Below are positions 12,593 to 23,510 of a DNA stretch of 64,000 bases, piece by piece. The notes under the pieces were generated by a model that saw only the letters and a list, made by a program, of their open reading frames with translations, had not been told where the DNA came from and did no database searches. Both the position numbers and the translations under genes were made by a program. This DNA comes from Candidatus Melainabacteria bacterium SSGW_16 (GTDB lineage: Bacteria > Cyanobacteriota > Vampirovibrionia > 2-02-FULL-35-15): NCBI GenBank assembly GCA_004769085.1, contig DUDS01000010.1, positions 688 through 64,687 on the forward strand, given 5' to 3'. Every line of letters starts with the position of its first letter. Within the stretch, counting starts at the first letter, position 1.

Positions 12593-13615
12593 TTAACGAT
12601 TTCTTAAATCAGGTTTTAAGTCTGAGATCTTTATGGAAGCATTAATGTCAAAGCCTGTGCCAGTAACATAGCCCAAGACTTTTTTGGGAGAATCAGGATA
12701 CATGCTCCTGGCAAATTCAGAATCTTTTAAAGAAGATTCAGCCTTCTTTATCACCCCTTTTAATGGAATGTTTACAGTTTTGATACGAATAATGCCTTTA
12801 TTAATTTCAATCTCCTTAAACCCGCATGGAAAGACCACCGGACTTGGGCTTAATACATAAACTACATTTTGCAAAAGTTTAACACGGTTTAAATATGAGC
12901 CACCAGACAAAAGAAGGATTACCTGTGGATTTTTAGCCACAATATCAAAAAAACGTTTAGTAGATTCACCTGGAATTATACGGCCATCAGGATATATTAA
13001 AGGCTTGTGCAGAAGTACAATTGTTTTTGAATCCTGGTTCCCTGAAAGGTTTTTACTAAACCATTCCAGTTGTTTATTTGCTAAATGACTTTTTAAGAAA
13101 AACAATTCACTGTCAAGTCCAATAAAATTATAATTTTTAAATTTATATGACCACCAATAATCATTTGCGCTAACTCCAAATGAATTTAATATGTTTAGCA
13201 AATCTTCCTTCTCCCTGGACATGATTTCATTTATTCCAAATATAAGGAGTATTTCAGATTTAATTTCACTAGCCATGTCCAGGAATAGTTGTAAGTAATC
13301 ACTCCCTGGCAAAAATGATTTTGCATCACGTGGTTTAAAGATGTTGTTGCCACCAAATATAACGATGTCAGGCTTAATTTGGAGATTAATTTGTCTTATA
13401 ATATCCTGAAAAACAGCCTGATTCTCATACAAAAGTATCCCTCTTTTCATCTCAACCAGATGCTTCTCTTTAAAACTAGCACCAGGCGTAGGATACAAAT
13501 TTAAATCAGTGATATATGCAAATTTGATTGAATTATGACTTACATTATTTTTAGCTATTGAGTAGCCTGTTGACAATAAGAAGGCTAAAAGAAATATAAT
13601 CAATATCTTTTTCAT
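12593..13615 (-). CDS. exported calcineurin-like metallophosphoesterase-fold protein with degenerate metal ligands
   Basis: Signal peptide. Motif order FAYITDLNL / PDIVIFGGN / FGINE / IGLDS..QLEW / LLHKP / LLLSGGSY mirrors CpdA-type motifs, with substitutions. Confidence 0.75.
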   Translation of the reverse strand: MKKILIIFLLAFLLSTGYSIAKNNVSHNSIKFAYITDLNLYPTPGASFKEKHLVEMKRGILLYENQAVFQDIIRQINLQIKPDIVIFGGNNIFKPRDAKSFLPGSDYLQLFLDMASEIKSEILLIFGINEIMSREKEDLLNILNSFGVSANDYWWSYKFKNYNFIGLDSELFFLKSHLANKQLEWFSKNLSGNQDSKTIVLLHKPLIYPDGRIIPGESTKRFFDIVAKNPQVILLLSGGSYLNRVKLLQNVVYVLSPSPVVFPCGFKEIEINKGIIRIKTVNIPLKGVIKKAESSLKDSEFARSMYPDSPKKVLGYVTGTGFDINASIKISDLKPDLRNR

Positions 13616-13686
13616 ATCAAGTTATTTATAATAAATCCATAGATAACCAAAACTTCAGATTATGCAGATAGTATTATAAATTAAAA

Positions 13687-16467
13687 ATGAAACTAAAAAG
13701 TAATATTTTAGTAATTTTAGGGTTATCTGCAGTATTTTCTTTAACATCAATGAATAAAAGCAAATCATTAGTACCAGTAAAAAAACCTGAAAGTTCTTCA
13801 ATAACTTTTATCACAGAAAAAAGCGGCATTAAGGAGTACAAACTAAAAAACGGACTAAAGATTCTTTTTAAAGTTAATCATTCAATACCACTTGTAACAT
13901 TTTCTGTATGGCAAAAAGCAGGTTCAAGAAATGAAAAAGAAGGTGAGTACGGACTTGCACACTTTCTTGAACATATGATGTTTAAAGGAACCAAGAAAAT
14001 CAAAAAAGGGCAAATATCAGAAATAATAAACAACCTTGGTGGTGTTTATAATGCGTTTACATCAATAGACTGTACTGTGTACTATGAAACGATTTCACCA
14101 AAACACCTGGAAAAAGTAATTGAGATTGAATCTGACAGATTTAAAAACTCAATTTTAGATGAAAGCGAGCTAAATCTTGAAAGAACAGTCGTATTGTCAG
14201 AGCTAGAAGGGGATTTAAATAATCCGGTAACACTTCTAGATCACACACTTAGATCAAAAGCTTATGAAATTAGTCCATATAAAAACCCAACCATAGGTTA
14301 TAAAGATGACATCAAAAATATTGACAGAAATAAAATGTATAATTTTTACAGCAAATATTACAGCCCTAATAATGCATCTATAGTGCTAGTTGGAGATTTT
14401 AATGAAGCAAAAGCACTTGGATTAATTGATAAATATTTTGGAAATATAAAGAACGAAAATCCGGGCAATCCAGATGATACTTTAAGAGACAATCCTCAGA
14501 CAAAAGAAAAGCATTTTAAGGTCAAAAGAGCTGGCACATTTAAACTGGTAGAAATTGCATATCATACAGTTGATGCCAAACACGGAGATATTTACCCATT
14601 AAATATAATCGAGGAAATATTAATCAAGGGAAATAAAAGCAGGCTAAGGAAAGCTTTAGTTGAAAAAGGATTTGCTACAGATATATCAGGTGGTGCTGAG
14701 ATAAATGCTGATCCGGGATTATTTTACATTCTTGTTTCACTTACACCAAAAGCATCTCATGCAAAAATAAAAAAAATAATTTTAAGTGAAATTGATAAAT
14801 TAATCTCAAATCCACCGACCGAGAAAGAAATCAATGCAGCAAAAAACAGAATTAAAGCAAGTTATTTATTTGGAATTGATGGAACTTTACATCAGGTATT
14901 AAATATCGGATATTTTGAAATCATAAATAACTGGAAACAGTCCATTACCTGGACAGATGAAATATCAAGGGTGAAGCCGGAAGATGTGGAAAATGCATTA
15001 AAAATTTATTTCAAAAAGGGAAACAGAACTATTGGCTATTTTATTCCAAAAATACAAAAAGGAATGAAGTATGAGGCGCAACCTTTAAGTATAAGCCGCT
15101 CACAACACTATACAAAACCAAAACAAGCTCCCTCAGTAACTAATTCAAAAATATCAAACAGCACTAACAAGTTTAACTTTACATACACAAAAAGAAATCT
15201 AAAAGATGGTTCCACTATTGTGGTATATAACAAAAATGATCTGCCAGTAACATATATTTCAGGTGTAATAAAAGGAGGAAGCAGTTTAATACCAAAAGAA
15301 AATGAACTTAATTGTGAAATTATTTCACGAACCTTGGAAAAGGGAAGTAAAAACTACACAAAAGATCAGATAGAAGAACTTCTTGATTCTACAGGTTCAG
15401 AAGTTGATTTTTCATGCGATGAAGAATCCTTTAAATTTAAAGCTGCCACTATAAACGACAACTTAACGGAGACTATAAATCTTTTAACAGATTTACTTAA
15501 CAACCCTGTACTAACAGAAAAAGAGGTTAAAAATGAAAAAGAAAGATTAATAGCTGAAATTATTGAAACTAAGGATAATCCTCAGGAAATTGCAAGAAGA
15601 AGATTTACACAGCTCATATACCCTAAAGACCATCCATATTATTCAAATGATTTCGATACAGATATAAAACTAATTAGAAAGATAAACAGAGAGTCATTAA
15701 TTAAAGATCATGAAAAATTAGTAAAAAACAACAGAGCGATAATTACTATAGTTACAAACTTAAATCAAAAAGAACTTAACCGCTTAATTAAACAAATTGA
15801 AAAGGGATTATATACCAGTGCAAAAAAAGAAGAAGTTGCTATAAAAATACCTGATACTTTACTAAGAGAGAACACTAAATCAGACAACATAGTAATTAAG
15901 GACAAAACACAAACTGATGTTTTTCTTGGGCATGCAGGAAATATAAACAGAACCAGTCCTGATTTTTATAAGGCACATATTGCAAATTATATATTCGGTG
16001 GAAGTTCACTTGCAAGCAGACTCAGCAAGGTTGTAAGAGACAATTCAGGGCTTGTTTATACAGTCTATTCTTATATCAGTGCTTCATACGGAAAAGGAGA
16101 ATTTGGAATTTATTTTGGTTCAAATCCTGAAAATGTAGATAAAGCAATTGAACTAATTAAAGAGGAATATCATAAGTTTGTTGAAAAAGGAATTACAGAA
16201 GAAGAGCTTAGAAAAGCTAAAGCCTCATTAATTGACTCATTTATTTCAAGAAACCTTTCAACAAATAAAAACATTGGAAGCACTTTCGCAGGAATAGAAT
16301 TCTATGGTCTTGGACAAAACTATATAAATAATTATCCTCAGATAATCAATTCACTTAAACTAAAAGAAATAAATGTCACAATAAAAAAATATTTTTATCC
16401 CGACAAATTAAATACAGTTACAGCAGGAGAATATAAAAAAGTTGATAAAGAATCAAGCACAAATTAA
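13687..16467 (+). CDS. M16 (pitrilysin-family) zinc peptidase, fused two-half form
   Basis: GLAHFLEHMMFKG inverted zinc motif HxxEH, NAFTS, and C-half SRL...R...GLVY. Confidence 0.93.
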   Translation: MKLKSNILVILGLSAVFSLTSMNKSKSLVPVKKPESSSITFITEKSGIKEYKLKNGLKILFKVNHSIPLVTFSVWQKAGSRNEKEGEYGLAHFLEHMMFKGTKKIKKGQISEIINNLGGVYNAFTSIDCTVYYETISPKHLEKVIEIESDRFKNSILDESELNLERTVVLSELEGDLNNPVTLLDHTLRSKAYEISPYKNPTIGYKDDIKNIDRNKMYNFYSKYYSPNNASIVLVGDFNEAKALGLIDKYFGNIKNENPGNPDDTLRDNPQTKEKHFKVKRAGTFKLVEIAYHTVDAKHGDIYPLNIIEEILIKGNKSRLRKALVEKGFATDISGGAEINADPGLFYILVSLTPKASHAKIKKIILSEIDKLISNPPTEKEINAAKNRIKASYLFGIDGTLHQVLNIGYFEIINNWKQSITWTDEISRVKPEDVENALKIYFKKGNRTIGYFIPKIQKGMKYEAQPLSISRSQHYTKPKQAPSVTNSKISNSTNKFNFTYTKRNLKDGSTIVVYNKNDLPVTYISGVIKGGSSLIPKENELNCEIISRTLEKGSKNYTKDQIEELLDSTGSEVDFSCDEESFKFKAATINDNLTETINLLTDLLNNPVLTEKEVKNEKERLIAEIIETKDNPQEIARRRFTQLIYPKDHPYYSNDFDTDIKLIRKINRESLIKDHEKLVKNNRAIITIVTNLNQKELNRLIKQIEKGLYTSAKKEEVAIKIPDTLLRENTKSDNIVIKDKTQTDVFLGHAGNINRTSPDFYKAHIANYIFGGSSLASRLSKVVRDNSGLVYTVYSYISASYGKGEFGIYFGSNPENVDKAIELIKEEYHKFVEKGITEEELRKAKASLIDSFISRNLSTNKNIGSTFAGIEFYGLGQNYINNYPQIINSLKLKEINVTIKKYFYPDKLNTVTAGEYKKVDKESSTN

Positions 16468-16929
16468 ATGAGTTTATTTAATAAACAAATAGTAGTTATT
16501 GGAAGCGGGACAAAAGATAAAATTTTAGAAAAATTTGCATATGAAACCGGTGCAGAAATTGCAAAGGCTGGTTATGTACTGGTATGTGGCGGTAAGGGTG
16601 GAATCATGGAAGCAGCCTGCAAAGGTGCAAAAGGACAGGGTGGTTTAACAGTTGGTATTCTCCTGGAAGGACAAGCAGAGCATGGGAATAAATACCTAGA
16701 TATAGTTATTCCAACCGGTCTGAACCATTCCAGAAACTATATTGTTCAGAATTCAGGCAAAGCAGTAATTATGATAGGTGGAAGCTATGGAACATTAAGT
16801 GAATTAGCATATGCTTTGCTCTATAACAAAAAGATTATTGCACTTAAAAGCAAATGGGCAAAAATAGATAAAAAAATAATTATTGCAAAAAATGCTAAGG
16901 ATGCTGTAAAGAAAGCAATCTCAATCTAA
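16468..16929 (+). CDS. TIGR00725-like / LOG-family Rossmann-fold protein
   Basis: CGGKGGIMEAACKGA..GG.TVGIL, SRN and GGSYGTLSE motifs. Confidence 0.85.
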   Translation: MSLFNKQIVVIGSGTKDKILEKFAYETGAEIAKAGYVLVCGGKGGIMEAACKGAKGQGGLTVGILLEGQAEHGNKYLDIVIPTGLNHSRNYIVQNSGKAVIMIGGSYGTLSELAYALLYNKKIIALKSKWAKIDKKIIIAKNAKDAVKKAISI

Positions 16930-19770
16930 ACCTTCAACTGCCTTTGCACAAGCCACACAAACACTTTTATGTTTTAAATCCTGACCTATATCAGTGGAAT
17001 ACTTCCAGCAGCGGGGACATTTTGTGCCGTCAGCCAGATCAACGACTACCCAATTATTTGCCAACTCCATAATTTTTTTAGAGTCAAATGTATGGTTTTT
17101 TATATCATCATTTAATTCATGGATTATAACTTTAGACACTATAAAAATTAATGATAATTCATTCCTTTCTGTATTTTCATACTCTTTTTCCAATTTATAC
17201 CAAAACTCATTTTTCGGGAATAAATGAACTTTTGTTTCTGTAGATTTGCCAACTAATCCTTCTTGTCTTAATTCTTCTATTTTTCCCAAGATACAATCCC
17301 TAAGCCAATTTACATTATTAAATCCATAATCACTATTCAAATCAGTATTAATCAAAGGCCAATTTAAAAATATCGGTGAATTCATATTTTTATTTAAACC
17401 TAATGGGAAGTGATTCAATATATCTTGAACAAGATGAGGCATAACAGGATAAAGCATTGGCACTAAAGCTCCCAAGATTTCTTTTAGAACAAACTGAACA
17501 GCCTGCCTTGATGACTTTTTCCCTGTATAAAGACGGTCTTTGACAATATCAAAATAAACCCTTGATAAATCAACTGCACAATAATTTTGAAGTATTTGAT
17601 AATACCTATAAAACTCATATTTTTCAAAAGCTTTTGTAATTTCATCTTTTATTTTTTCAAGCCTGTAAAGTGCATATTTATCAACACTCCACAATTTTTC
17701 ATATTGAATTTTATCTTTAGATTCATCAAAATCATACAAATTACTTAAAATAAATCTTGCAGTATTTCTAATATTTCTATAAACCTCAGCCAGTTGCTTA
17801 AGCATATTCTGACCAATTCTCATATCAGAAGAATAGTCAGTACTGGCAACCCAAAGTCTTAAAATATCAGCACCATACTCACTAATTACTTTTTCAGGAT
17901 CAACTACATTACCTGTTGACTTTGACATTTTTCTGCCGTTTTCATCCAGGACAAAACCATGAGTAAGAACTGTTTTATATGGTGCTTTATCGTTAATTGC
18001 TACAGAAGTTAAAAGTGAAGACTGAAACCATCCTCTGTGTTGATCACTGCCTTCTAAATACATTACATCTCTAATTCCTTTTAGTTCTTCCCTTTGGTCA
18101 ATTACTGAATAGTGAGTTGAGCCTGAATCAAACCAGACATCCATAATATCTGTCTCTTTTTTAAAAGTTGTATTTCCACATGAGCATTTGTAATCTGGAG
18201 GTAAAAGTTCATTTGAATCTTTTTCCCACCAAACATTTGTACCTTTTTGTTCTACAAACTTTGCAACATTTTCAATGATAATTTTATTCAAATGTTCTTT
18301 ATTACACTTTAAACAATAAAAAGCTGGAATTGGCACACCCCATACACGTTGTCTGCTTATACACCAATCTGTTCTGCCTTCAACCATTGAATAGATTCTA
18401 TTCCTACCCATTTGAGGTATCCATTTAACTTTGTCAATTTCCTCAAGTGCTCTTTGTCTAAATTTTTCAACACTGCAAAACCATTGTTCCGTTGCACGAA
18501 ACATAATAGGAGTTTTTGATCTCCAGCAGTGAGGATAACTGTGATAATAATCTTCCTGATGGATTAAAGCTCCTACTTGAGATAAAAGTTCAATAACTTT
18601 TTGATTGCCGCCCTTATGAGCATATAAACCTTTTAAGTTCTCACCGGCTTCTTCTGTTAATAGTCCCTTAGAATCAACAGGTGAAATAACTTTAATTCCA
18701 TATTTCTGAGCTACAGAAAAATCTTCCAGACCATGTCCTGGAGCAGTATGCACACAGCCAGTACCTGTTTCTAAAGTTACATGCTCACCCAATATTATTG
18801 GGCTTTCTCTCTCATAAAACGGATGCTTGCAAACAGTATTTTCTAAATCTTTTCCTTTTAAGCTTTCAATTACACTACACTCTTCACTAATCTTTTTATT
18901 GAACTCCGCTAAAAGATCTTTTGCTAATAAAAGATGTCCAAATTTTTGAGACTGTACAACCACATATTCAAAATCTTTATTTAAACAAACAGCCATATTT
19001 CCTGGAATCGTCCATGGAGTAGTAGTCCAGATCATTACTTTTAAATCTCTAAACTTTTCCAGTTTTTTTGCAGCGCGTGAAAGCTTAGTCACCTGAAATG
19101 AAACATATATGCTGGGCGATTTATGGTTTTCTACATACTCTACTTCAGCTTCAGCAAGTGCTGTTTGGCAGGTAGCACACCAAAAAACAGGCTTTAAACC
19201 CCTATAAATATAGTTCTTTTCAACCATCTCACCAAAAAGTCTGAGCTGAGCTGCTTCAAACTTTGGATCTATAGTCATATAAGCATGCTCCCAGTCCCCA
19301 AGCACACCTAGTCTTTTAAATTTTTCTTCCTGTAATTTTCTGTTTTTCATTACAAATTCAGTACATTGTTTCCTGATTTCTAAGGGATCAAGTAACTTAG
19401 CACCATCTTTTTTTTGCTCTTTTGAAATTGCACTTTCTATTGGCAGACCATGGCAGTCAAAACCCGGCAAATATGGGGAATAAAACCCACACAATGTTTT
19501 ATACTTGACTACAATGTCCTTTAAAATTTTATTTAAAGCAGTCCCAATGTGAATATTTCCAGAACTAAGATATGGCGGACCATCATGAAGAAGAAATTTT
19601 CCTTTATTCTGTTTTTTCCTTTCTTCAAGCACCTTCTGATAAATATTGTTATCAAGCCAGGATTTCTGAATTTCCGGTTCGCGTCTGGGTCCATCACCCT
19701 TCATAGGAAAATCAGTCTGAGGAAGATTTAAAGTATTTTTATAGTCTGTTAGCTGGCTACTTTCACTCAT
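16921..19770 (-). CDS. ileS: isoleucine--tRNA ligase (type 1)
   Basis: HDGPPY, HIGT (HIGH motif), WTTTPWT, WCISRQR, EGSDQHRGWF, KMSKS and C-terminal CPRC/CVAC zinc finger. ATG 19770 follows the argB stop. Confidence 0.97.
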   Translation of the reverse strand: MSESSQLTDYKNTLNLPQTDFPMKGDGPRREPEIQKSWLDNNIYQKVLEERKKQNKGKFLLHDGPPYLSSGNIHIGTALNKILKDIVVKYKTLCGFYSPYLPGFDCHGLPIESAISKEQKKDGAKLLDPLEIRKQCTEFVMKNRKLQEEKFKRLGVLGDWEHAYMTIDPKFEAAQLRLFGEMVEKNYIYRGLKPVFWCATCQTALAEAEVEYVENHKSPSIYVSFQVTKLSRAAKKLEKFRDLKVMIWTTTPWTIPGNMAVCLNKDFEYVVVQSQKFGHLLLAKDLLAEFNKKISEECSVIESLKGKDLENTVCKHPFYERESPIILGEHVTLETGTGCVHTAPGHGLEDFSVAQKYGIKVISPVDSKGLLTEEAGENLKGLYAHKGGNQKVIELLSQVGALIHQEDYYHSYPHCWRSKTPIMFRATEQWFCSVEKFRQRALEEIDKVKWIPQMGRNRIYSMVEGRTDWCISRQRVWGVPIPAFYCLKCNKEHLNKIIIENVAKFVEQKGTNVWWEKDSNELLPPDYKCSCGNTTFKKETDIMDVWFDSGSTHYSVIDQREELKGIRDVMYLEGSDQHRGWFQSSLLTSVAINDKAPYKTVLTHGFVLDENGRKMSKSTGNVVDPEKVISEYGADILRLWVASTDYSSDMRIGQNMLKQLAEVYRNIRNTARFILSNLYDFDESKDKIQYEKLWSVDKYALYRLEKIKDEITKAFEKYEFYRYYQILQNYCAVDLSRVYFDIVKDRLYTGKKSSRQAVQFVLKEILGALVPMLYPVMPHLVQDILNHFPLGLNKNMNSPIFLNWPLINTDLNSDYGFNNVNWLRDCILGKIEELRQEGLVGKSTETKVHLFPKNEFWYKLEKEYENTERNELSLIFIVSKVIIHELNDDIKNHTFDSKKIMELANNWVVVDLADGTKCPRCWKYSTDIGQDLKHKSVCVACAKAVEGLD

Positions 19771-19771
19771 G

Positions 19772-20647
19772 TTATTTATTTTTGTCAATCATAGTCCCAA
19801 TACCTGAATCTGTAAATATTTCAAGTAAAATTGAATGTTTAATTCGTCCATCAATAATATGAACAGCATCAACCCCGGATTTTATAGCCTCTATAGCAGC
19901 TCTGGTTTTTGGAATCATTCCACCTGAAATAGTTTTATTTTTTATTAATTTATCAGCATGTTTAGCAGATAATTTAGAAATTAAAGAAGAAGGTTTACTT
20001 GGATTTTGTAAAATACCTGGTGTGTCAGTAAGCAAAATTAGTTTTGCAGCTTTAAGGGCAGAAGCAAGACTGCATCCAACATTATCAGCATTTATATTAT
20101 AGTTCTGACCTTTCGAATCAGCTCCTACAGAACTAATGACAGGAATAAAACCACTATTCATTAGTGACAAAAGAACTGAAATATCAATCTTATCAACCTC
20201 GCCAATATAACCATATTTTTTCATCCCGGCTGCAGGTTTTACAGAAAACAATTTCCCATCTTTACCGCACAACCCTATTGCTCTGGCACCGGAAACATTA
20301 ATCAAATTAACTAAATCCTTTTGCACTTTTCCAACAAGCACCATTTCAACAACTTCCATGGTTTTTTTGTCAGTCACTCTATACCCCTGAACAAACTTTA
20401 CAGGTAAATTAAGACGCTTTGACATCTCACTGATTTCAGGTCCGCCTCCATGAACAATTACAAGTTTTATTCCAACACAACTAAGAAGAACAAAATCCCT
20501 GATCGTTTCTTTTTTTAAAACCAGATCCTCCATAGCTGCACCACCATATTTAATTACAAATATTTTTCCGCTGAATCTCTGAATATATGGAAGTGCCTGA
20601 GATAAAACCTGGACACGTTGAGATGATTTGTTATTTCCTGAAGACAT
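19772..20647 (-). CDS. argB: acetylglutamate kinase
   Basis: QALPYIQ, VIKYGGAAM, VHGGGPEI, NINAD, GGMIPK and GIGTM motifs. Confidence 0.96.
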   Translation of the reverse strand: MSSGNNKSSQRVQVLSQALPYIQRFSGKIFVIKYGGAAMEDLVLKKETIRDFVLLSCVGIKLVIVHGGGPEISEMSKRLNLPVKFVQGYRVTDKKTMEVVEMVLVGKVQKDLVNLINVSGARAIGLCGKDGKLFSVKPAAGMKKYGYIGEVDKIDISVLLSLMNSGFIPVISSVGADSKGQNYNINADNVGCSLASALKAAKLILLTDTPGILQNPSKPSSLISKLSAKHADKLIKNKTISGGMIPKTRAAIEAIKSGVDAVHIIDGRIKHSILLEIFTDSGIGTMIDKNK

Positions 20648-20659
20648 AGAATATTTATT

Positions 20660-21364
20660 TTAACCCTTCTTTTGTAAACATTTCAATGCATTTTTAGCAG
20701 CAACCTGACTTGCATCCTTTTTATTCTTACCTTTTCCCCTTCCAAGCTCAGTCTTGTTGAGGAATACGCTTACTTCAAACGATTTGTTATGGTCAGGTCC
20801 ACTTTCAGAGACTGTTATATACTCAGGCAATCCAACTTTATTAGCCTGTGTATATTCCTGAAGCATAGCTTTATAGTTACCCTTTTCAACATTAAAAGAA
20901 ACCTCTTCAATGGAATTTTTCCAGTATTTTAATATAAAGTCCCGTGTTTTATTACTGCCACATTGATAGTAAATCACAGCAAGAAGAGCTTCTAGTGCAT
21001 CTGCAAGGACTGAAACAGGTGTTGATTTCATTTCTCCTTTTCCAAGCAGAATATATTTTTTTAACCCAATGTCACTAGCAATCTCCGATAACACTTTTTC
21101 ACTTACTACATAAGCCCTGAGTTTACTCAACTTACCTTCAGAGAAATCAGTATACTTATCCATTAAATGTTCACTTATAAACATCTTTAAAACAGCATCG
21201 CCAAAGAATTCAAGCCGTTCATTATCTTCTGTAGATTTAAGCTTCTTCTCTTTTATATATGAACCATGAGTAAGTGCATTGTTTAATAAATTAAAATCAG
21301 TTATAACTAAGCCAAGACTTCTGGCAAACTCTGAAAGTTGTTTAGTTCTATTGTCTAAAGGCAT
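20660..21364 (-). CDS. rnc: ribonuclease III
   Basis: NERLEFFGDAVL signature, ADALEA, and C-terminal dsRBD. Confidence 0.96.
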   Translation of the reverse strand: MPLDNRTKQLSEFARSLGLVITDFNLLNNALTHGSYIKEKKLKSTEDNERLEFFGDAVLKMFISEHLMDKYTDFSEGKLSKLRAYVVSEKVLSEIASDIGLKKYILLGKGEMKSTPVSVLADALEALLAVIYYQCGSNKTRDFILKYWKNSIEEVSFNVEKGNYKAMLQEYTQANKVGLPEYITVSESGPDHNKSFEVSVFLNKTELGRGKGKNKKDASQVAAKNALKCLQKKG

Positions 21365-21377
21365 GCAAAGCCTTTTT

Positions 21378-21490
21378 TACTAACCGCCTGCTCGTTCATA
21401 ATTCACTTCGCAGGCTTTCCAAAATGCATCTGATTGGTACTTCTTCTAACACAATCAAGATTTTACCGAATAAATCGGATAAAATCTTAC
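21378..21490. repeat. dispersed structured intergenic repeat, copy B (most diverged)
   Basis: TACTAACCGCCTGC..GCAGGCTTT..TAACA..AAGATTTTACCGAATAAATCGGATAAAATCTTAC aligns with copy A. Confidence 0.7.
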
Positions 21491-21586
21491 CTTGTAAATA
21501 GATTAATTCTAGATATTCCAATAGCCAGGTAATAAGCAAGTATCTTATACAGGATGTAAAATTCAAAAGGCAGCAAATAATGTAAT

Positions 21587-22066
21587 ATGAAACAAACTGA
21601 AGCAAGAAGGTTGAATTTAGAAATAGTTATCAGGCCACAAGCAAAGATTAAGTCTAGACAATGGTGGACTAACTCTTACAAAAAAATCAACCGGTTTCTC
21701 AATTTATATCTGCCTAAAAATAAATCGTTGTTTCTTAAAAGGAAGGGGTTATCCTTACTTGTAACAAATGATAAGGAAATACGGGATTTAAATAAAAGGT
21801 TTCGAAAAAAAAACAAACCAACTGATGTTTTATCTTTTCAACTTGAGAGGAAGAATCAAATAAAACAAAAATATCTGGGCGATATCATAATATCTGTAGA
21901 GACTGCAAGAAAACAAGCACATATAAAGGCGGTTAGCATTGATAAAGAGCTTAAAATGTTATTTATACATGCTTGTTTACATTTACTCGGGTATGATCAC
22001 ATGGCAAAAAAAGAAGCAAAGATCATGTTCTTACTACAGGAGAAAATTCTAGGCAAATGCTGTTAA
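21587..22066 (+). CDS. ybeY: rRNA maturation endoribonuclease YbeY
   Basis: LNKRFR..KPTDVLSF, LGDIIIS and HACLHLLGYDH motifs. Confidence 0.93.
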   Translation: MKQTEARRLNLEIVIRPQAKIKSRQWWTNSYKKINRFLNLYLPKNKSLFLKRKGLSLLVTNDKEIRDLNKRFRKKNKPTDVLSFQLERKNQIKQKYLGDIIISVETARKQAHIKAVSIDKELKMLFIHACLHLLGYDHMAKKEAKIMFLLQEKILGKCC

Positions 22067-22112
22067 CTTCCAAAGAAATGAGAGTTATAATTTGATTCGC
22101 TAAGTACTAAAA

Positions 22113-23510
22113 ATGAAAAACTTATTTGTATTTAATAATCTAACAAAAAATAAGGAGAAATTTGAACCATTAAATCCTCCATCTATAACTATTTATACCT
22201 GTGGACCAACTGTATATGATCACTCTCATATTGGTCATGCAAGATCTGCAATAAGCTGGGATTTTATTGTCAGATTTTTAAGATCAACCGGATACAAAGT
22301 AAGCTGGACAAGAAACATCACTGATATAGATGACAAAATAATAAATAAAGCAAAAGAAGTAAATCTGCATCCGGATAAAATTGCAAGGATTTACACTCAC
22401 TCATTTCACGAGGACATGCTTGCGCTTGGAGTTGAATGGCCTGATTTTGAGCCCCATGCAACCCAGTATTTATCACAAATGTATGATTTTATAAATGAAC
22501 TTATTAAAAAAGGGAAAGCATACCAAATAGAAAGCGATGTATATTTTTCGGTAAGTGCCTCAAAAAACTATGGGCAATTAAAAGGACAATCAGTTGAAGA
22601 ACTTGAAAAAGGTTTTGAAAGGATAGAGCCAAATCCAAAGAAAAAACATAAACTTGACTTTGCACTCTGGAAAGGTATAAAAGACAAAAATGAATACAGT
22701 TTCCAAAGTCCATGGGGAAAAGGAAGACCAGGCTGGCATCTGGAATGTTCAGCCATGAATTACTCAATCTATGGAGAATCAATTGACATTCATGGCGGTG
22801 GAGATGATTTAATCTTTCCCCATCATGAGAATGAAATCGCACAATCAGAATCGCTAACAGGTAAAGTATTTTCTAAATACTGGATGCATAATGGAATGAT
22901 TATGGTTGATGGAAAGAAAATGGCTAAATCAGAAGGTAATTTTGTAACAATAAAAGATGCTTTAAGATCAGTTTCAGGAAATGCACTAAGGCTTTTTGTT
23001 TTAAACACTCATTACAGAATGCCACTGAATTATACAAATGAAGGTGTTTTTGCAGCGCAAAATGGCATAAATCGCCTTCAGGAAGCGCTTGATAATTACG
23101 AAGCTTCAAATGGAAACATGTTAAATATTGAAACAAATGAGTTTGTAAAGGAATTCAATGAATCCATGGCAGATGACTTCAACAGTTCACAGGCATTATC
23201 TGTTTTATTTAAAATAACAGATCTAATAAACACAGAGAAAAATAAAAAGAAGAAGCATGAATTACAGAGTACACTGATTTACTTGTCCGGGGTGCTGGGT
23301 CTAGATCTGCAGAATGAAAACTTAAGTCCGAATTTCATACGAAAAAATATTTTAGATAAATTAATAGATAATCTTATTTCGTGGAGAACAGAAAGCAGAG
23401 AAAAAAAAGATTATGCAAGTTCTGATAAAATCCGTGATATTTTAAATAATTGTAGAATTGAGGTAAAGGATCTACCTGAGAATAAGTACAAATGGCAGAT
23501 AAAATTATAA
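22113..23510 (+). CDS. cysS: cysteine--tRNA ligase
   Basis: CGPTVYD..HIGH, DFALWK, GRPGWHLECS, HGGGDDLIFPHHENE and KMAKS motifs. Confidence 0.97.
   Translation: MKNLFVFNNLTKNKEKFEPLNPPSITIYTCGPTVYDHSHIGHARSAISWDFIVRFLRSTGYKVSWTRNITDIDDKIINKAKEVNLHPDKIARIYTHSFHEDMLALGVEWPDFEPHATQYLSQMYDFINELIKKGKAYQIESDVYFSVSASKNYGQLKGQSVEELEKGFERIEPNPKKKHKLDFALWKGIKDKNEYSFQSPWGKGRPGWHLECSAMNYSIYGESIDIHGGGDDLIFPHHENEIAQSESLTGKVFSKYWMHNGMIMVDGKKMAKSEGNFVTIKDALRSVSGNALRLFVLNTHYRMPLNYTNEGVFAAQNGINRLQEALDNYEASNGNMLNIETNEFVKEFNESMADDFNSSQALSVLFKITDLINTEKNKKKKHELQSTLIYLSGVLGLDLQNENLSPNFIRKNILDKLIDNLISWRTESREKKDYASSDKIRDILNNCRIEVKDLPENKYKWQIKL

Noticed and set aside
19538..19552. IleRS HIGT instead of HIGH as a resistance or novelty signal
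   Set aside because: HIGT variants occur in ordinary type 1 IleRS, and other motifs are canonical.
21396..21605. 69-aa ORF upstream of rnc
   Set aside because: It runs through repeat copy B and the ybeY start, and has no protein-like features.
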